Positions 19,737 to 30,008 of a stretch of 64,000 bases of DNA are shown here, piece after piece; the stretch's first letter is position 1, and every line of letters begins with the position of its first letter. Position numbers and translations under genes: made by a program. Where the stretch lies: NCBI GenBank assembly GCA_012515515.1, contig JAAYYE010000013.1, forward strand, positions 2,293 to 66,292. The letters are read 5' to 3'. The notes under the pieces were generated by a model. It saw nothing but the letters and a program-made list of their open reading frames with translations, had not been told where the DNA came from and ran no database searches. The stretch is from Minisyncoccota bacterium. GTDB taxonomy: Bacteria > Patescibacteriota > Microgenomatia > UBA1400 > PJMF01.

Positions 19737-21152
19737 TTACTGATTTTTTACTGCTAACCAGTATGCGCTTTGTCGGCAGAGCACTTTTTTAGCAATAGTC
19801 TTGTCTGCCAATAAAAATTCAATGGCATTCTCTAAATAAATCTCGTTTTGTGAGCCTTTAACCAGGATTAAATCGCCAGCTTGTAAGTTTTTTAAGAGTG
19901 CTTCACCGGCTAAACGACTGTCCTTAAATGTTTCCAGTTTTTGGACTGTGCTTGCTCCTGCTTTAATTTTTTCTTGCAAGATTGGCTGAACATAGCGTTT
20001 CATTAATGGGCCAACCAGATAGATTTCGCTAAAATCTTCGGCAATTTTAGCTGCCACTTGCTGATGAAGAGAGGCAGTTTCTTCACCTAGTTCACGCATA
20101 TCTCCCAAGATTGCTAGTAGACGCTTAACTCGCTGATCTTTATTAGCCAAATGTTTAGCTAAATCAAGCATTTCCAGCATTCCCGAGGCATTATAAGAGC
20201 TGTCCAAAATGTAACTATTTTTTTGCGCTTTCAGCAAGGAACTGCGTCCGGGCTCAACAATAAAATACTTTTCTAGATTATTCTTAATCTCATTTTTTGA
20301 TAAACCCAATCTAAGACCTAGGAGAATAGCACTGGCTAGAACAGGCGCATAGTGTTGACCCAGCACCACATTATTGAGTTTAATGCTTAAAATTTTATTG
20401 TCTGCTTTATTGAGTTTAATGCGTTTATTAATTTCAAAACTAAATTGACTGGCATCTAAATCAACTTGCCAGTCATGGAGGCGCAGATCAACGTCTTGAG
20501 TGTGATTGGAATTATCTTGACTAAATGTATTAATTTCGGCCACACTCTGTTGGCTAAATTGCCAGAGCAATTGATCATCTCGATTAATGATGAGCAAAGC
20601 ATTTTTAGCTAATGACAGAGCTAATTTACTTTTTTCTTGGGCAATCAAGCTGAGAAGAGCTTGTTCACGTTTTTTAGGATCGCTTTCTTTAATTAGTGGA
20701 TCAAAATTTTGACTGTGAACAAGTTTAGCATTGAGCAAAATCGCAATTTGTGGTTGGATAATACTGAGCAAATAGTCCATATTTTTTGGCGAATGAGGAC
20801 TATCAATGCCCATTTCCACCACATAAACATCAAAATGTTGCCAATTAGTTAACAGCTGCCAGGGAGCCAGGAGCATGAGCCTTAGCCAATCGTTGAGACT
20901 GTAATTTTTGACTTGCAAGCCGAGGATATCGAGAGGAATACCAGTTTCAGAATTGGCTTTTTTGTTAATTTTAATTTTTAAGCGGCCTTTATTGTTGCCA
21001 AGAGCTGCCAAAATTGCCAACTGACAGCTAGTTTTGCCAGCACTGCCAGTAATGCCGACGATTTTTGCTTGACGATTTTTTTGTAATTGTAATCGCGCAA
21101 AAAAACGCAAATAGGCAAGGGCAAAAGGGCTTAGCTTTTGTTTAATGTTCAT
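19737..21152 (-). CDS. murF: Mur ligase, MurF-like (UDP-MurNAc-pentapeptide synthetase), short N-terminal domain
   Basis: P-loop GITGSAGKTS. C-terminal ILDSSYNASGMLEMLDLAKHL...AILGDMRELGEE matches the MurF C-terminal domain. 4-nt overlap with upstream murD. Confidence 0.6.
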   Translation of the reverse strand: MNIKQKLSPFALAYLRFFARLQLQKNRQAKIVGITGSAGKTSCQLAILAALGNNKGRLKIKINKKANSETGIPLDILGLQVKNYSLNDWLRLMLLAPWQLLTNWQHFDVYVVEMGIDSPHSPKNMDYLLSIIQPQIAILLNAKLVHSQNFDPLIKESDPKKREQALLSLIAQEKSKLALSLAKNALLIINRDDQLLWQFSQQSVAEINTFSQDNSNHTQDVDLRLHDWQVDLDASQFSFEINKRIKLNKADNKILSIKLNNVVLGQHYAPVLASAILLGLRLGLSKNEIKNNLEKYFIVEPGRSSLLKAQKNSYILDSSYNASGMLEMLDLAKHLANKDQRVKRLLAILGDMRELGEETASLHQQVAAKIAEDFSEIYLVGPLMKRYVQPILQEKIKAGASTVQKLETFKDSRLAGEALLKNLQAGDLILVKGSQNEIYLENAIEFLLADKTIAKKVLCRQSAYWLAVKNQ

Positions 21153-22645
21153 GATTGTTTAAGTTCTGTGTTATTGCTTTGTTTTTTTGCTAAATTATTG
21201 ACAGCTAATTGAAATTGCTGGCCACGATCCAGGTAATCCTTAAATAAGCCAAAGCTAGCACAAGCTGGACTAAGTAGGACCACATCATCAGCTTGGGCCC
21301 AAAGCTGGGCTTGTTCAACGGCTTCCGTCATCGATTGACAAATTCGGTATTTAGGAAAAGTTGCTGCATCTAATTGGCGCTCTTGCCACATTGCTTTTAA
21401 CTCTTCTAAAATTTTTTCACCCAAGGGAGGGAAGAGGAGGAGGGCTTTGACTTTTTGTTCAATAATGCTTATAAAATATTCTTTTAGATCGAGTTTTTTA
21501 TCAGAACCGCCAGCCAGCAAAATGACTTTTCCCTGAGGAAAACTTCTAATGGCAGCACTGCTCGCAGTCGGATTAGTAGCTATCGAGTCGTCATAATACC
21601 TCACCTTGTCCAATTCGGCGACCAATTCAAGGCGATGAGCTAGCCCACGAAAATTGCTAATACTTTGACGCAAGCTACTCTCACTCACTTGAAAAATTTG
21701 CGCTACAGCGATGGCACTCAGCACATTGTAGAGATTGTGTCTGCCTAGCAATTTGATCTCAGCAACTGGCATTAAATTCTGCAAGGCACTCGGATTATCT
21801 AACTTTCGCCAATAAATTTCTTCATCTTTAATAAACACTTGGTAATCTTGATCATCACTTTTATCTATCAGCGAATGTTTCAGTTGATGATTCGGCCTAA
21901 CTGCACTTAAGGCTGCCAATTTACTGGCTCCAGCCAGTTGTGGATTGTAAATTAGCCAATCGTTAGGACTTTGATAACGAGTAATAGCTGTTTTTGAAGC
22001 AGCATACTGGTCAAAATTGACAAAATAATCTAGATGTTCTGGAGTCACATCAAGCAAGACTGCAACTTGAGGGCTAGCCTTGAGTTCAGCCAATTGATGA
22101 GAAGATAATTCAGCCACCACCAAAGTTTCTTGATCAATTACCGACAGATAATTAAGAGCTGGACGGCCAATATTACCCAGTAGGACACTTTTGTAATCGG
22201 CTTGACTAAGAATATCAAAAATTAATTGACTGGTCGTGCTTTTTCCCTTACTACCAGTGATGCCAATAACCGTTCCTTGGCAACGATCAAAAAATAATTG
22301 CATGTTTGAAGTAATTTGCAAACTAGGATTCAGCTCCAGGGCTTGTTGAATAGCGGGTAAGGTAATGGGAATTCCGGCAGTTTTAATTAAAAAATCGTAA
22401 GTAGCTAGCTTTTCCAGATAATGATTGCCAGTTTGCCAGATTAATTTTCGATCTGTTTGGCTAATTTCTTTCCATTCGGGGAAATTAATGAATAAAACAG
22501 CGCTTGGTGATTGATCTGCCAGAGTGAGTTCTTGATCGGGAAATTGCTCACGCAAAAAACGATAACTAGACAAGCCTTCTCTGCCAAGACCTAAAATAAT
22601 AATGCGCCCGTTAGCCAAGTCCGACATACAAATATATTTTAACAT
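21149..22645 (-). CDS. murD: UDP-N-acetylmuramoylalanine--D-glutamate ligase
   Basis: N-terminal ILGLGREGLS (MurD GLGxSG Rossmann motif). Mur ligase P-loop GITGSKGKSTT. Size of 498 aa fits. Confidence 0.65.
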   Translation of the reverse strand: MLKYICMSDLANGRIIILGLGREGLSSYRFLREQFPDQELTLADQSPSAVLFINFPEWKEISQTDRKLIWQTGNHYLEKLATYDFLIKTAGIPITLPAIQQALELNPSLQITSNMQLFFDRCQGTVIGITGSKGKSTTSQLIFDILSQADYKSVLLGNIGRPALNYLSVIDQETLVVAELSSHQLAELKASPQVAVLLDVTPEHLDYFVNFDQYAASKTAITRYQSPNDWLIYNPQLAGASKLAALSAVRPNHQLKHSLIDKSDDQDYQVFIKDEEIYWRKLDNPSALQNLMPVAEIKLLGRHNLYNVLSAIAVAQIFQVSESSLRQSISNFRGLAHRLELVAELDKVRYYDDSIATNPTASSAAIRSFPQGKVILLAGGSDKKLDLKEYFISIIEQKVKALLLFPPLGEKILEELKAMWQERQLDAATFPKYRICQSMTEAVEQAQLWAQADDVVLLSPACASFGLFKDYLDRGQQFQLAVNNLAKKQSNNTELKQS

Positions 22646-22696
22646 TTTACTCTAGCTTTGGGGGATGATAAAAATTCTTTGTGTTATGATTAAAAA

Positions 22697-23563
22697 ATGG
22701 ACGCACAATTTTTTCAATTAGCAATTTATTCTGATAGCTGGCAAGATTTTTGGCATTTGCTCAAAAATCACCTAGAAACAGCTAAACCCAAAGATTTAAA
22801 GATAATTTTTACTCCCAATCCAGAAATATTAGTGCAAGTCGAGCAAAATCCAGCTCTGCGCAAAGTACTGAAAGGTGCCGATATTTTATTACCAGATGGA
22901 ATTGGTTTAATTATGGCCAATCGCTGGATTCGCTGTCGTCAAAGCCTGTTATTTCCTTTTCGCCAAGCAGTGAAGCCAAAAAAAATTGAAGAAAAAATTA
23001 CTGGCGTTGATGTGGCAGATCAATTACTCGTAGAAGCAGCCAAAAAAAATTATGTCACCTTAATTATCGGTGGGCGTAATTATGCTGAGTTTTGGGGGAA
23101 AGCTGGCGGTGAGTATCAGGGAGAAATTTATGAAGATGAAGAAAGCCTGATTCAATTGAAGAAAAACTTGTATTGGACTGAAGCCTATCAAGACAAAAAT
23201 GAGCCTTTGCCAATTGAAGATCAAGCTTTGGAGAAAATTTTAAAGAAATTGAAGCCACAAATAGTGTTTGTTGCTTTTGGTTCTTTGGAACAGGAGCAGT
23301 GGTTGTTGGAATGGCGCGCGCGCCTCGAGCAAGCGGGCGTCTTGGTAGCCATTGGGGTGGGGGGTTCTTTTGATTTGCTGTTTGGCCAGATCGCGCGCGC
23401 GCCTCATGTAATTCGCGCCCTAGCCTTGGAATGGTTGTGGCGTTTGGTCCAGCAACCATGGCGCTGGCGACGTCAATTACGTTTATTCAGATTTCTTTGT
23501 TTAGTGAGACAGGAGGCTAAGCGTTGGCAAAAAATGGCTAAAACCCAACTGAGTCGAGCCTAA
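22697..23563 (+). CDS. WecB/TagA/CpsF family glycosyltransferase
   Basis: IIFTPNPEILV and LLPDGIGL motifs, and C-terminal region typical of Glyco_tran_WecB. Contains two alternating (GC)n palindromes. Confidence 0.65.
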   Translation: MDAQFFQLAIYSDSWQDFWHLLKNHLETAKPKDLKIIFTPNPEILVQVEQNPALRKVLKGADILLPDGIGLIMANRWIRCRQSLLFPFRQAVKPKKIEEKITGVDVADQLLVEAAKKNYVTLIIGGRNYAEFWGKAGGEYQGEIYEDEESLIQLKKNLYWTEAYQDKNEPLPIEDQALEKILKKLKPQIVFVAFGSLEQEQWLLEWRARLEQAGVLVAIGVGGSFDLLFGQIARAPHVIRALALEWLWRLVQQPWRWRRQLRLFRFLCLVRQEAKRWQKMAKTQLSRA

Positions 23564-23612
23564 AGTTGATTTTTTACTATCAGTCTCTTATCAATCCCTT
23601 ATTAATCTCTGA

Positions 23613-23894
23613 TTAATCTTTTAATTCGTCTGGATTAACGCCTAAAAGCCACAAAACGGCCTCTTTCTTATAACGTCGATCTCCGCGTGAATTAATTCTG
23701 ATGGCAGGGAGTTTACCTCGTTTGCCCCAGCGCTTAATTGTTAGGGGAGAGACTCTTAATAAATCAGCCACTTCTCTAACTGTTAGTAGATCTGGTAAGT
23801 TTTTAATATCAAGTTTGGCAGCGTCAGTAGCTCGACCAGTTTTCTTTTCTTCACCATCAGTTTGCATTGGATTAAAGTCTGGACTATCGCTCAT
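23613..23894 (-). CDS. Excisionase-family (HTH_17/MerR-like) helix-turn-helix DNA-binding protein
   Basis: LLTVREVADLLRVSPLTIKRWGKRGKLPAIRI is a classic excisionase/MerR-type HTH. 93 aa with a roughly 35-aa acidic N-terminal extension. Confidence 0.55.
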   Translation of the reverse strand: MSDSPDFNPMQTDGEEKKTGRATDAAKLDIKNLPDLLTVREVADLLRVSPLTIKRWGKRGKLPAIRINSRGDRRYKKEAVLWLLGVNPDELKD

Positions 23895-24095
23895 TTTTCC
23901 TTTCTGTGACCTAAATTATTAGGCCTATAAGTCTTGTTAAATTTAGTAATTGTTCGATCTATTATGACCTATACCTAACAATAGCAGAATAAAACAAAAC
24001 AAGTCAATAAGCAATTTTTATTTATAGATCATAATTGGGCAAACTAGCTACATTTTTTTGTTATTGACGAACTAGGAGAATTCTTCACAAATATA

Positions 24096-24206
24096 ATATC
24101 CTATAATTTTTCAAAATTGAGAAAAAATATCCTATATAATTTTGAACCATAGCAAATTAGCCTTCTAATATAATTTTTAGCCATAGTAAATTAGCCCTCT
24201 AAAACC
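24096..24206. repeat. Two pairs of imperfect direct repeats (about 24 nt and 25-34 nt) in the AT-rich region upstream of the HTH gene
   Basis: ATATCCTATAATTTTTCAAAATTG and ATATCCTATATAATTTTGAACC. CATAGCAAATTAGCCTTCTAA and CATAGTAAATTAGCCCTCTAA. Confidence 0.5.
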
Positions 24207-24214
24207 ATTAAGAA

Positions 24215-24242
24215 ATTACAAAAACCCCGCTATGAAGCGGGG
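24215..24242 (-). terminator. Rho-independent terminator downstream of rplL
   Basis: Hairpin CCCCGCT-ATGA-AGCGGGG followed, on the minus strand, by a T-run (plus-strand A-run at 24220-24224). Lies 40 nt past the rplL stop. Confidence 0.6.
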
Positions 24243-24282
24243 TAAAACAGATTATAAACTTATTTAAACTCAATAAATTTGC

Positions 24283-24684
24283 TTATTTAAGTTCAACGAC
24301 ACAGCCTGCTTCTTCTAAAGCTTTTTTGGCTGCTTCGGCATCTTCTTTTTTAGCGCCTTCTAGAACTGTTTTGGGTGCTGATTCCACGAAGGTTTTAGCA
24401 TCTCCAAGACCAAGTTCTGGTTTGAGAGTGCGCACTGCTTTAATAGCGGCAATTTTATTGTTGCCTGCTTCTTTGAGGATGACGTCAAATTCATCTTTTT
24501 CCTCAGCAGCGGGGGCTGCAGCTGCACTAGCACCAGCGGCCATCATGACTGGAGCAGCAGCGCTGACACCAAATTCTTCTTCAAGTGCGCTGACCAACTC
24601 AGACACTTCCATTAGGGAAAGCTCTTTGACTGCGTCAACGATTTTTTGCACCTTGGCGCTTAGTTTTTTAGCTTCTTCTGCCAT
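24283..24684 (-). CDS. rplL: 50S ribosomal protein L7/L12
   Basis: [31 protein letters not shown]..., Ala-rich hinge, and C-terminal [52 protein letters not shown]. Confidence 0.9.
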   Translation of the reverse strand: MAEEAKKLSAKVQKIVDAVKELSLMEVSELVSALEEEFGVSAAAPVMMAAGASAAAAPAAEEKDEFDVILKEAGNNKIAAIKAVRTLKPELGLGDAKTFVESAPKTVLEGAKKEDAEAAKKALEEAGCVVELK

Positions 24685-24766
24685 TGTGATCCTTTCTGTT
24701 AATTAGTGATTTAACTAATTTTTAACTAATTATTAATATTTTTTAATTTTTAATTTTTTTAAACTT

Positions 24767-25273
24767 TTAATTTTTTTTGTCGGCAATTGCTTTAAGTACA
24801 TAAACCAAATCTTTGCTTTTAGCACTGAGAGTATTAACCAAGCCTTGACCAGGTCCTTTAAGTCGCTGAATTAACATGACCACCAATTCATTTTTACTTG
24901 GCAATTTACTTAAGGTTTCAATTTCAGCAATTGATAAGACTTTTTCATCCATGTAGCCTTGCTTAATACTTAATTTTTCAGATTTTTTGTGAAAATCAAA
25001 AAGAGCTTTTAATCCAGCAACAGCATCGTTGTAAGAAAAAACCAGAGCATTCATGCCAGATAGCGATTCAGTTAATTTACCTTTGCCAAGCGCAATATCA
25101 ATTAAAGTATTTTTGCTGACAAACATTTCACCGCCTGCTTCTCTCAAGGCATCGCGCAGGGCAGTTAAATCGTTAACACTGGTTCCAGAATAATCAACAA
25201 TGACTAAAGATTTAGCACGGTCAATTTTTTCTTGGATAATTTTGATTTCTTCAATATTGCTTTTACTTGGCAT
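24767..25273 (-). CDS. rplJ: 50S ribosomal protein L10
   Basis: L10-like from MPSKSNIEEIKIIQEKIDRAKSLVIVDYSGTSVNDLTALR. The ORF-track start at 25327 adds 18 AT-rich codons that are probably leader. I place the start at the MPSK methionine. Confidence 0.8.
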   Translation of the reverse strand: MPSKSNIEEIKIIQEKIDRAKSLVIVDYSGTSVNDLTALRDALREAGGEMFVSKNTLIDIALGKGKLTESLSGMNALVFSYNDAVAGLKALFDFHKKSEKLSIKQGYMDEKVLSIAEIETLSKLPSKNELVVMLIQRLKGPGQGLVNTLSAKSKDLVYVLKAIADKKN

Positions 25274-25299
25274 AGATCCTTTATTTAAATGTTTTTTAA

Positions 25300-25520
25300 A
25301 AAATATAAAAATATTGACTAAGTACAAAAATTAACTTTACTACTTGTTAGCCAAAAACTAGAGAAAGGGGAAACGCTTTGTTTACTTCCTCGGTGTGATG
25401 ATTAAGCTTTGCAGCCCACACTGTCTTTGGACAACAGCAGAATTATAGCAGACAACAGTCGACTGACAAGGCGCAAAAAAGACCAAGGCCTACATTTACA
25501 AGCAGGACTTAATAAGCCAT
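25300..25520 (-). promoter_or_regulatory. Putative rplJ (L10) leader / promoter region
   Basis: GC-richer segment upstream of rplJ with potential stems (e.g. GGGGAAACGCTTTGTTTACTTCCTC...). The position corresponds to the L10(L12)4 autoregulatory leader of other bacteria. Not verified structurally. Confidence 0.3.
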
Positions 25521-25525
25521 AATAA

Positions 25526-27733
25526 GTGTTAATGAAAAAACAGCAGCGATTCTCTCAACTTTTTTTAGTGATCGTCTTTTTCCTTTCTTTCTTAATTTTA
25601 AATCTAATTTCTAGTCGGGCAGTGTTTGCTAGAAGTTACACTATTGACCAAAGCGCTATCGACTTCTTTTTGCAGGAAGATGGTTCAGCCAAAGTGATTG
25701 AGCGCCGAGCTTTTAATTTTCAGGGAGATTATCGTTTTGTTTATCAAAAGATTAATTTGCAAAATAGTCAAAGTGTTACTGATACTGGGCGAAGTGAGCC
25801 TTACTTGCTGAACAATTTTGAGCTCTGTGAAGTAAAACAGATTAGTGGCGTGGATTCTTATGATTGCTATCGGGTTTTAGAAAGCAATGAAGTCAATTTG
25901 AGTGAAGCTCGCAACAATCCAGATAATACTTTTTACATTGAACAGCGGGGTAGTGAATATTATTTACAATGGCACTATCAAGCCAATGATGAAACTAAGC
26001 TTTTTGAATTACGCTATCAAATCGATAATTTATTAAGCAAACAAGACAATGTGGCAGAATTATATTGGCAGTTCGTGGGCGATTCTTGGGAGGTGCCTCA
26101 TGGGCCCGTGAAGATTAACGTTTGGTTGCCAAAAAATTTCTTGACCTCTCAACTCAACGCAGTTCAGGCTTGGGGGCATGGTCCATTAAGTGGCAGAGTC
26201 AGTATTGATAGTTTAGCCAGTGATAATGGTTTATACGGTGTTCATTTTGAGGCAGAGCAAGTCAAGCTTGGCCAATTTTTGGAAGGCAGAATTATTTTGC
26301 CCCTGTCTAGCTTGAGTGCTGTTGAGCAGTTACCTGTTGGCAAACTTAGTCAACAAAAAATTCTAGCCCAAGAACAAAAATTTATTGAGCAAACAATTAA
26401 GGAAGTAAGGAAAGTAGAAAGAATTGCCCAGTTAATATTTTTGGTCTCTGTGGGGCTAAGTATCTTGGGAATTTTCTACTTTGTGCAAAATTTAATTCAA
26501 TATTTAAAAGTGGCTAAAGAAGAACGCTTACAAGTCTTGCCGGGTATCTGGGAACCGCCTAGCGATTTAGAACCGGCTTTAGTTCAGCAGCTTATGACTA
26601 AGACGAAAAAGCTCACTCCCGCGGTTTTTACTGCCACAGTGTTGTCTCTAGTGCATAAAAAAGTTTGTCGAATCGTGCGCAGTGAGAAAAAAGAAGGTTT
26701 AATTGCTAAAGATTACAGTTATTTCTTAGAATTAAGTAACCAAGCGGGGCAGGTGCCTTTATCGCCAGTAGAGCAAGAGGTGTTTAATTTTTTGTTTATC
26801 ACCGTTTCCAATTATTATGCCAAATATTATCACCGGGCAAGTGGCGAGTGGGTCACTGAACAACAGTTTAATCAACTTTGGCGCCAGGCAAATCCACAGG
26901 GTGATCGGGAAGCTCTGGCTTTAGCTAAAGCAAAGACTCGAAAAAATTTAAATCTTAAAGATATAGCCAGATACACTAAAAGCTATGCTAGCAGCAGTTA
27001 TCTTTTTTTTGAAAAGTTAGAAACGATTGCTTTTAAAGATAATCTGGCCAAAGGTTATTTTGATCGAGATGTCCATCAATTTGCGACTAGTTTGAGTAGC
27101 TTAAAGTTATTTATTAGTCCTATGATTAGCTTTATTTTGGCGATGGTCTTGATAAGTTTTTTGGTAAATACCGATTTATCTATCATAGAGGCTTGGATCA
27201 GTGTCACTTGGATATTCCTCACGGGCAATTTAATACTTGGCTTTAATGCTGGGATAGTGATGTCGATTTTGCAAGCTAGTAGTGAAAAAAGGAGTGAAAA
27301 AGGTCACATTGAAGCAGAACAATGGTTGTCTTTTAAAAAACATTTAAAAGATTACAAAAAAACCAAAAACTACGCTATTGACTCAATTATTCTTTGGGAA
27401 AAATACCTCGTTTATGGCACTTTATTTGGGGTATCGATGAAAGCTTTGTCTCAATTACCTGTTCAATTTAAAGATTGGTCAGAGGCTGATCAAAGAACTT
27501 TAGTTAATTATTGGGGAATGTCGAACTTTAATTTGAGTCAATCAGCTGTAGCTGATATGAAGAGTTTTGATTTGGGTAGTGTTACTCACTCACTCAGTTC
27601 TTTGGGTAGTGCTTTTAAGACTATTAGCAGTAGCGCCTCACATAGTTATGGGGCAAGCGGCAGCAGTTCAAGTGGAGGATTTTCTAGTGGAGGTGGCGGC
27701 GGCGGTGGCGGCGGTGGCGGCGGAGCTGGATAA
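25526..27733 (+). CDS. DUF2207-family membrane protein with C-terminal poly-Gly tail
   Basis: Signal/TM at N-terminus, TM helices mid-protein and near the C-terminus. Ends SSGGFSSGGGGGGGGGGGGAG, characteristic of DUF2207 proteins. Confidence 0.6.
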   Translation: MLMKKQQRFSQLFLVIVFFLSFLILNLISSRAVFARSYTIDQSAIDFFLQEDGSAKVIERRAFNFQGDYRFVYQKINLQNSQSVTDTGRSEPYLLNNFELCEVKQISGVDSYDCYRVLESNEVNLSEARNNPDNTFYIEQRGSEYYLQWHYQANDETKLFELRYQIDNLLSKQDNVAELYWQFVGDSWEVPHGPVKINVWLPKNFLTSQLNAVQAWGHGPLSGRVSIDSLASDNGLYGVHFEAEQVKLGQFLEGRIILPLSSLSAVEQLPVGKLSQQKILAQEQKFIEQTIKEVRKVERIAQLIFLVSVGLSILGIFYFVQNLIQYLKVAKEERLQVLPGIWEPPSDLEPALVQQLMTKTKKLTPAVFTATVLSLVHKKVCRIVRSEKKEGLIAKDYSYFLELSNQAGQVPLSPVEQEVFNFLFITVSNYYAKYYHRASGEWVTEQQFNQLWRQANPQGDREALALAKAKTRKNLNLKDIARYTKSYASSSYLFFEKLETIAFKDNLAKGYFDRDVHQFATSLSSLKLFISPMISFILAMVLISFLVNTDLSIIEAWISVTWIFLTGNLILGFNAGIVMSILQASSEKRSEKGHIEAEQWLSFKKHLKDYKKTKNYAIDSIILWEKYLVYGTLFGVSMKALSQLPVQFKDWSEADQRTLVNYWGMSNFNLSQSAVADMKSFDLGSVTHSLSSLGSAFKTISSSASHSYGASGSSSSGGFSSGGGGGGGGGGGGAG

Positions 27734-27908
27734 GTTTCGCATTAATAATCAGCATGAGTATTTGGCATTTGATTGGTATTCGGCAATAGTGAAGCCAAAA
27801 TTCTTATGCTATAATGATTATTCATGTTAAAAATTATCTTAACTACCAGCACTACTACTAGCCCCTAGCGGGTTGTTGTGTGTTGGATTTAGATAATTGC
27901 CAAAAACA

Positions 27909-27937
27909 CCAACCCGCGATCAAGGCGGGTTTTTTAA
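27909..27937 (+). terminator. Rho-independent terminator after the DUF2207 gene
   Basis: ACCCGC-GATCAAG-GCGGGT hairpin followed by TTTTTT. Confidence 0.6.
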
Positions 27938-27991
27938 TAGCAATTATCTGAAAAATTCATTAAAATTAAAATAATAAACAGACAAGGAATT

Positions 27992-30007
27992 ATGAATCAA
28001 GAAGAAAAATTATTCGCTCTCCGCCACAGCGCAGAACATGTGCTAACGATGGCCATGGAGCGATTGTATTCGCCCAATAAAAAAAATCAGGGCAAAATTA
28101 AAACAGCTAGCGGTGAATATAAGTTAACTCAGCCAGCAATAATCAAGGCAATGGGTCCAGCGATTGCTGATGGTTTTTATTTTGACTTTGATATCTCTCA
28201 AGAAGCAGAAAAACTAGGCTTTCGCCTCATTGAAGCTGACTTGCTTAAAATTGAAAAAGAAATGGCAAAACTCATCGAACAAAATTTGCTCATGCACAAA
28301 ATGGAAATCCCAATCGATTTAGCTAGAGCCATTTTTCATGACAATCCCTACAAGCAAGAATTGCTAGATGGTTTAGCTGAATTAGATGCTCATGACCCCA
28401 AAGTTGATCCAGTTTCCCTGCGTTTAGATCAAGAACACGAATTGGTGGCGGCAGGCATAGTCGGCATTTATTTAACCGGTAATAAAGATCAAGTCCAAGC
28501 TGACCAACAATTGCTTCAAGGTTTAATTTCTAACAAATTAAGCACGGCGCAAAGTCGGGTTGATTTACAATGTTTTGTTGACTTATGTAAAGGTCCTCAT
28601 ATAGCAAACATTGGCGAAATTAAAGCCTTTAAATTATTAAGTATTGCTGGTGCTTATTGGCGAGGGAGTGAAGCTAATAAAATGCTCACGCGTATTTATG
28701 GCACAGCCTTTGCTGATCAAGCTGATTTAGATCAATTTCTGCACAATCGCCAACTAGCCTTAGAGCGTAATCATCGCAAAATTGGTAAAGAAATGGAGTT
28801 GTTTGCGGTCATTAAAGAGATCGGGCAAGGGTTGCCAGTGTGGTTGCCCAATGGCTTTGCTATGCGTCGCGCGCTTGAAGATTACATGGTGACATTTGAG
28901 CGTAGTTTTGCTTATAGTCACGTTATCACCCCCAATATTCATCGTAAAGAATTGTTTGAAAAATCAGGACATTTAGGATTTTATGATCAAAATATGTATC
29001 CACCATTACGCTATCAAGAAGAGGGGGATGCTTCGGTGCTTGAAGAAACATATTATTTAAAACCAATGAACTGTCCAGCGGCCATGATGATTTATAAACT
29101 GAAGCCTCATAGCTATCGGGAGTTGCCAATTAAAATGGGCGAGTTTGGCACCGTTTATCGCCGGGAAAAATCTGGAGAATTGCATGGTTTGCAAAGGGTG
29201 CGTGGTTTTACGCAAAACGATGCTCACATCTTTTGTACAGCCGATCAGCTAAAAGAGCAATTTTTAGAAGTGATGCAAATGCTCAAAATCTTTTATCGAG
29301 CAGTGGGTTTTGATAAATATAAATTTCGTTTATCAATTTCTGATCCCAATGATAAAAAATTTCAAGTTTGTGGTTCACCAGCTGAATGGCAAAAGGCAGA
29401 AAATACTTTACGCGAAATTCTTGACGAGGCTGGAGTAGAGTATGAAGAAATCAAAGGTGATGCGGCTTTTTACGGACCCAAGCTAGATGTGCAAGCAATC
29501 AATGTTTTTGGTAAAGAGGATAGTATTTCAACTATTCAAGTTGATTTTAATTTACCAGAGCGTTTCGCTTTAACTTACATTGATGAGCAGGGCGAAGAAC
29601 AAAGACCTTTAATGATCCACCGAGCTTTAATTGGTTCTTATGAACGTTTTTTTGCTTTTCTAATTGAACATCATGGTGGAGATTTTCCTCTCTGGTTTGC
29701 CCCAATTCAAGCAAAATTATTACCGATTGCTGATCGTCATCTAGCTTATGCCCAAACAGTAATGAAAAAATTACTAATTGCTGGGGTGCGGGTGGCTCTT
29801 GATGATCGTTCAGAACGCCTGCAAGCGAAAATTCGCCAAGCTGAAACAGAAAGAGTGCCTTTAATGTTAATTATTGGTGATCAAGAAGTTGCTAAAGAAG
29901 AATTAAGTTTACGAACTAGAGGAAAAGCTGAGGGCTTACTAAAAGAAGGTTCAACAACATTAGAACAAATAATTAGCGTTGCCAAAGTTTTGCCTGAGTT
30001 TGAATAG
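27992..30007 (+). CDS. thrS: Threonyl-tRNA synthetase (lacks the N1/TGS domain)
   Basis: N2 editing-domain motif RHSAEHVL at the start, class II catalytic core, and C-terminal anticodon-binding domain (HRALIGSYERFFAFLIEHHGG, IQAKLLPIADRH). Confidence 0.9.
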   Translation: MNQEEKLFALRHSAEHVLTMAMERLYSPNKKNQGKIKTASGEYKLTQPAIIKAMGPAIADGFYFDFDISQEAEKLGFRLIEADLLKIEKEMAKLIEQNLLMHKMEIPIDLARAIFHDNPYKQELLDGLAELDAHDPKVDPVSLRLDQEHELVAAGIVGIYLTGNKDQVQADQQLLQGLISNKLSTAQSRVDLQCFVDLCKGPHIANIGEIKAFKLLSIAGAYWRGSEANKMLTRIYGTAFADQADLDQFLHNRQLALERNHRKIGKEMELFAVIKEIGQGLPVWLPNGFAMRRALEDYMVTFERSFAYSHVITPNIHRKELFEKSGHLGFYDQNMYPPLRYQEEGDASVLEETYYLKPMNCPAAMMIYKLKPHSYRELPIKMGEFGTVYRREKSGELHGLQRVRGFTQNDAHIFCTADQLKEQFLEVMQMLKIFYRAVGFDKYKFRLSISDPNDKKFQVCGSPAEWQKAENTLREILDEAGVEYEEIKGDAAFYGPKLDVQAINVFGKEDSISTIQVDFNLPERFALTYIDEQGEEQRPLMIHRALIGSYERFFAFLIEHHGGDFPLWFAPIQAKLLPIADRHLAYAQTVMKKLLIAGVRVALDDRSERLQAKIRQAETERVPLMLIIGDQEVAKEELSLRTRGKAEGLLKEGSTTLEQIISVAKVLPEFE

Positions 30008-30008
30008 C

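Noticed and set aside
27567-27830. 87-aa ORF overlapping the 3' end of the DUF2207 gene
   Set aside because: Generated by the GGC-repeat tract that encodes the poly-Gly tail of the DUF2207 protein. Alternative-frame artefact.
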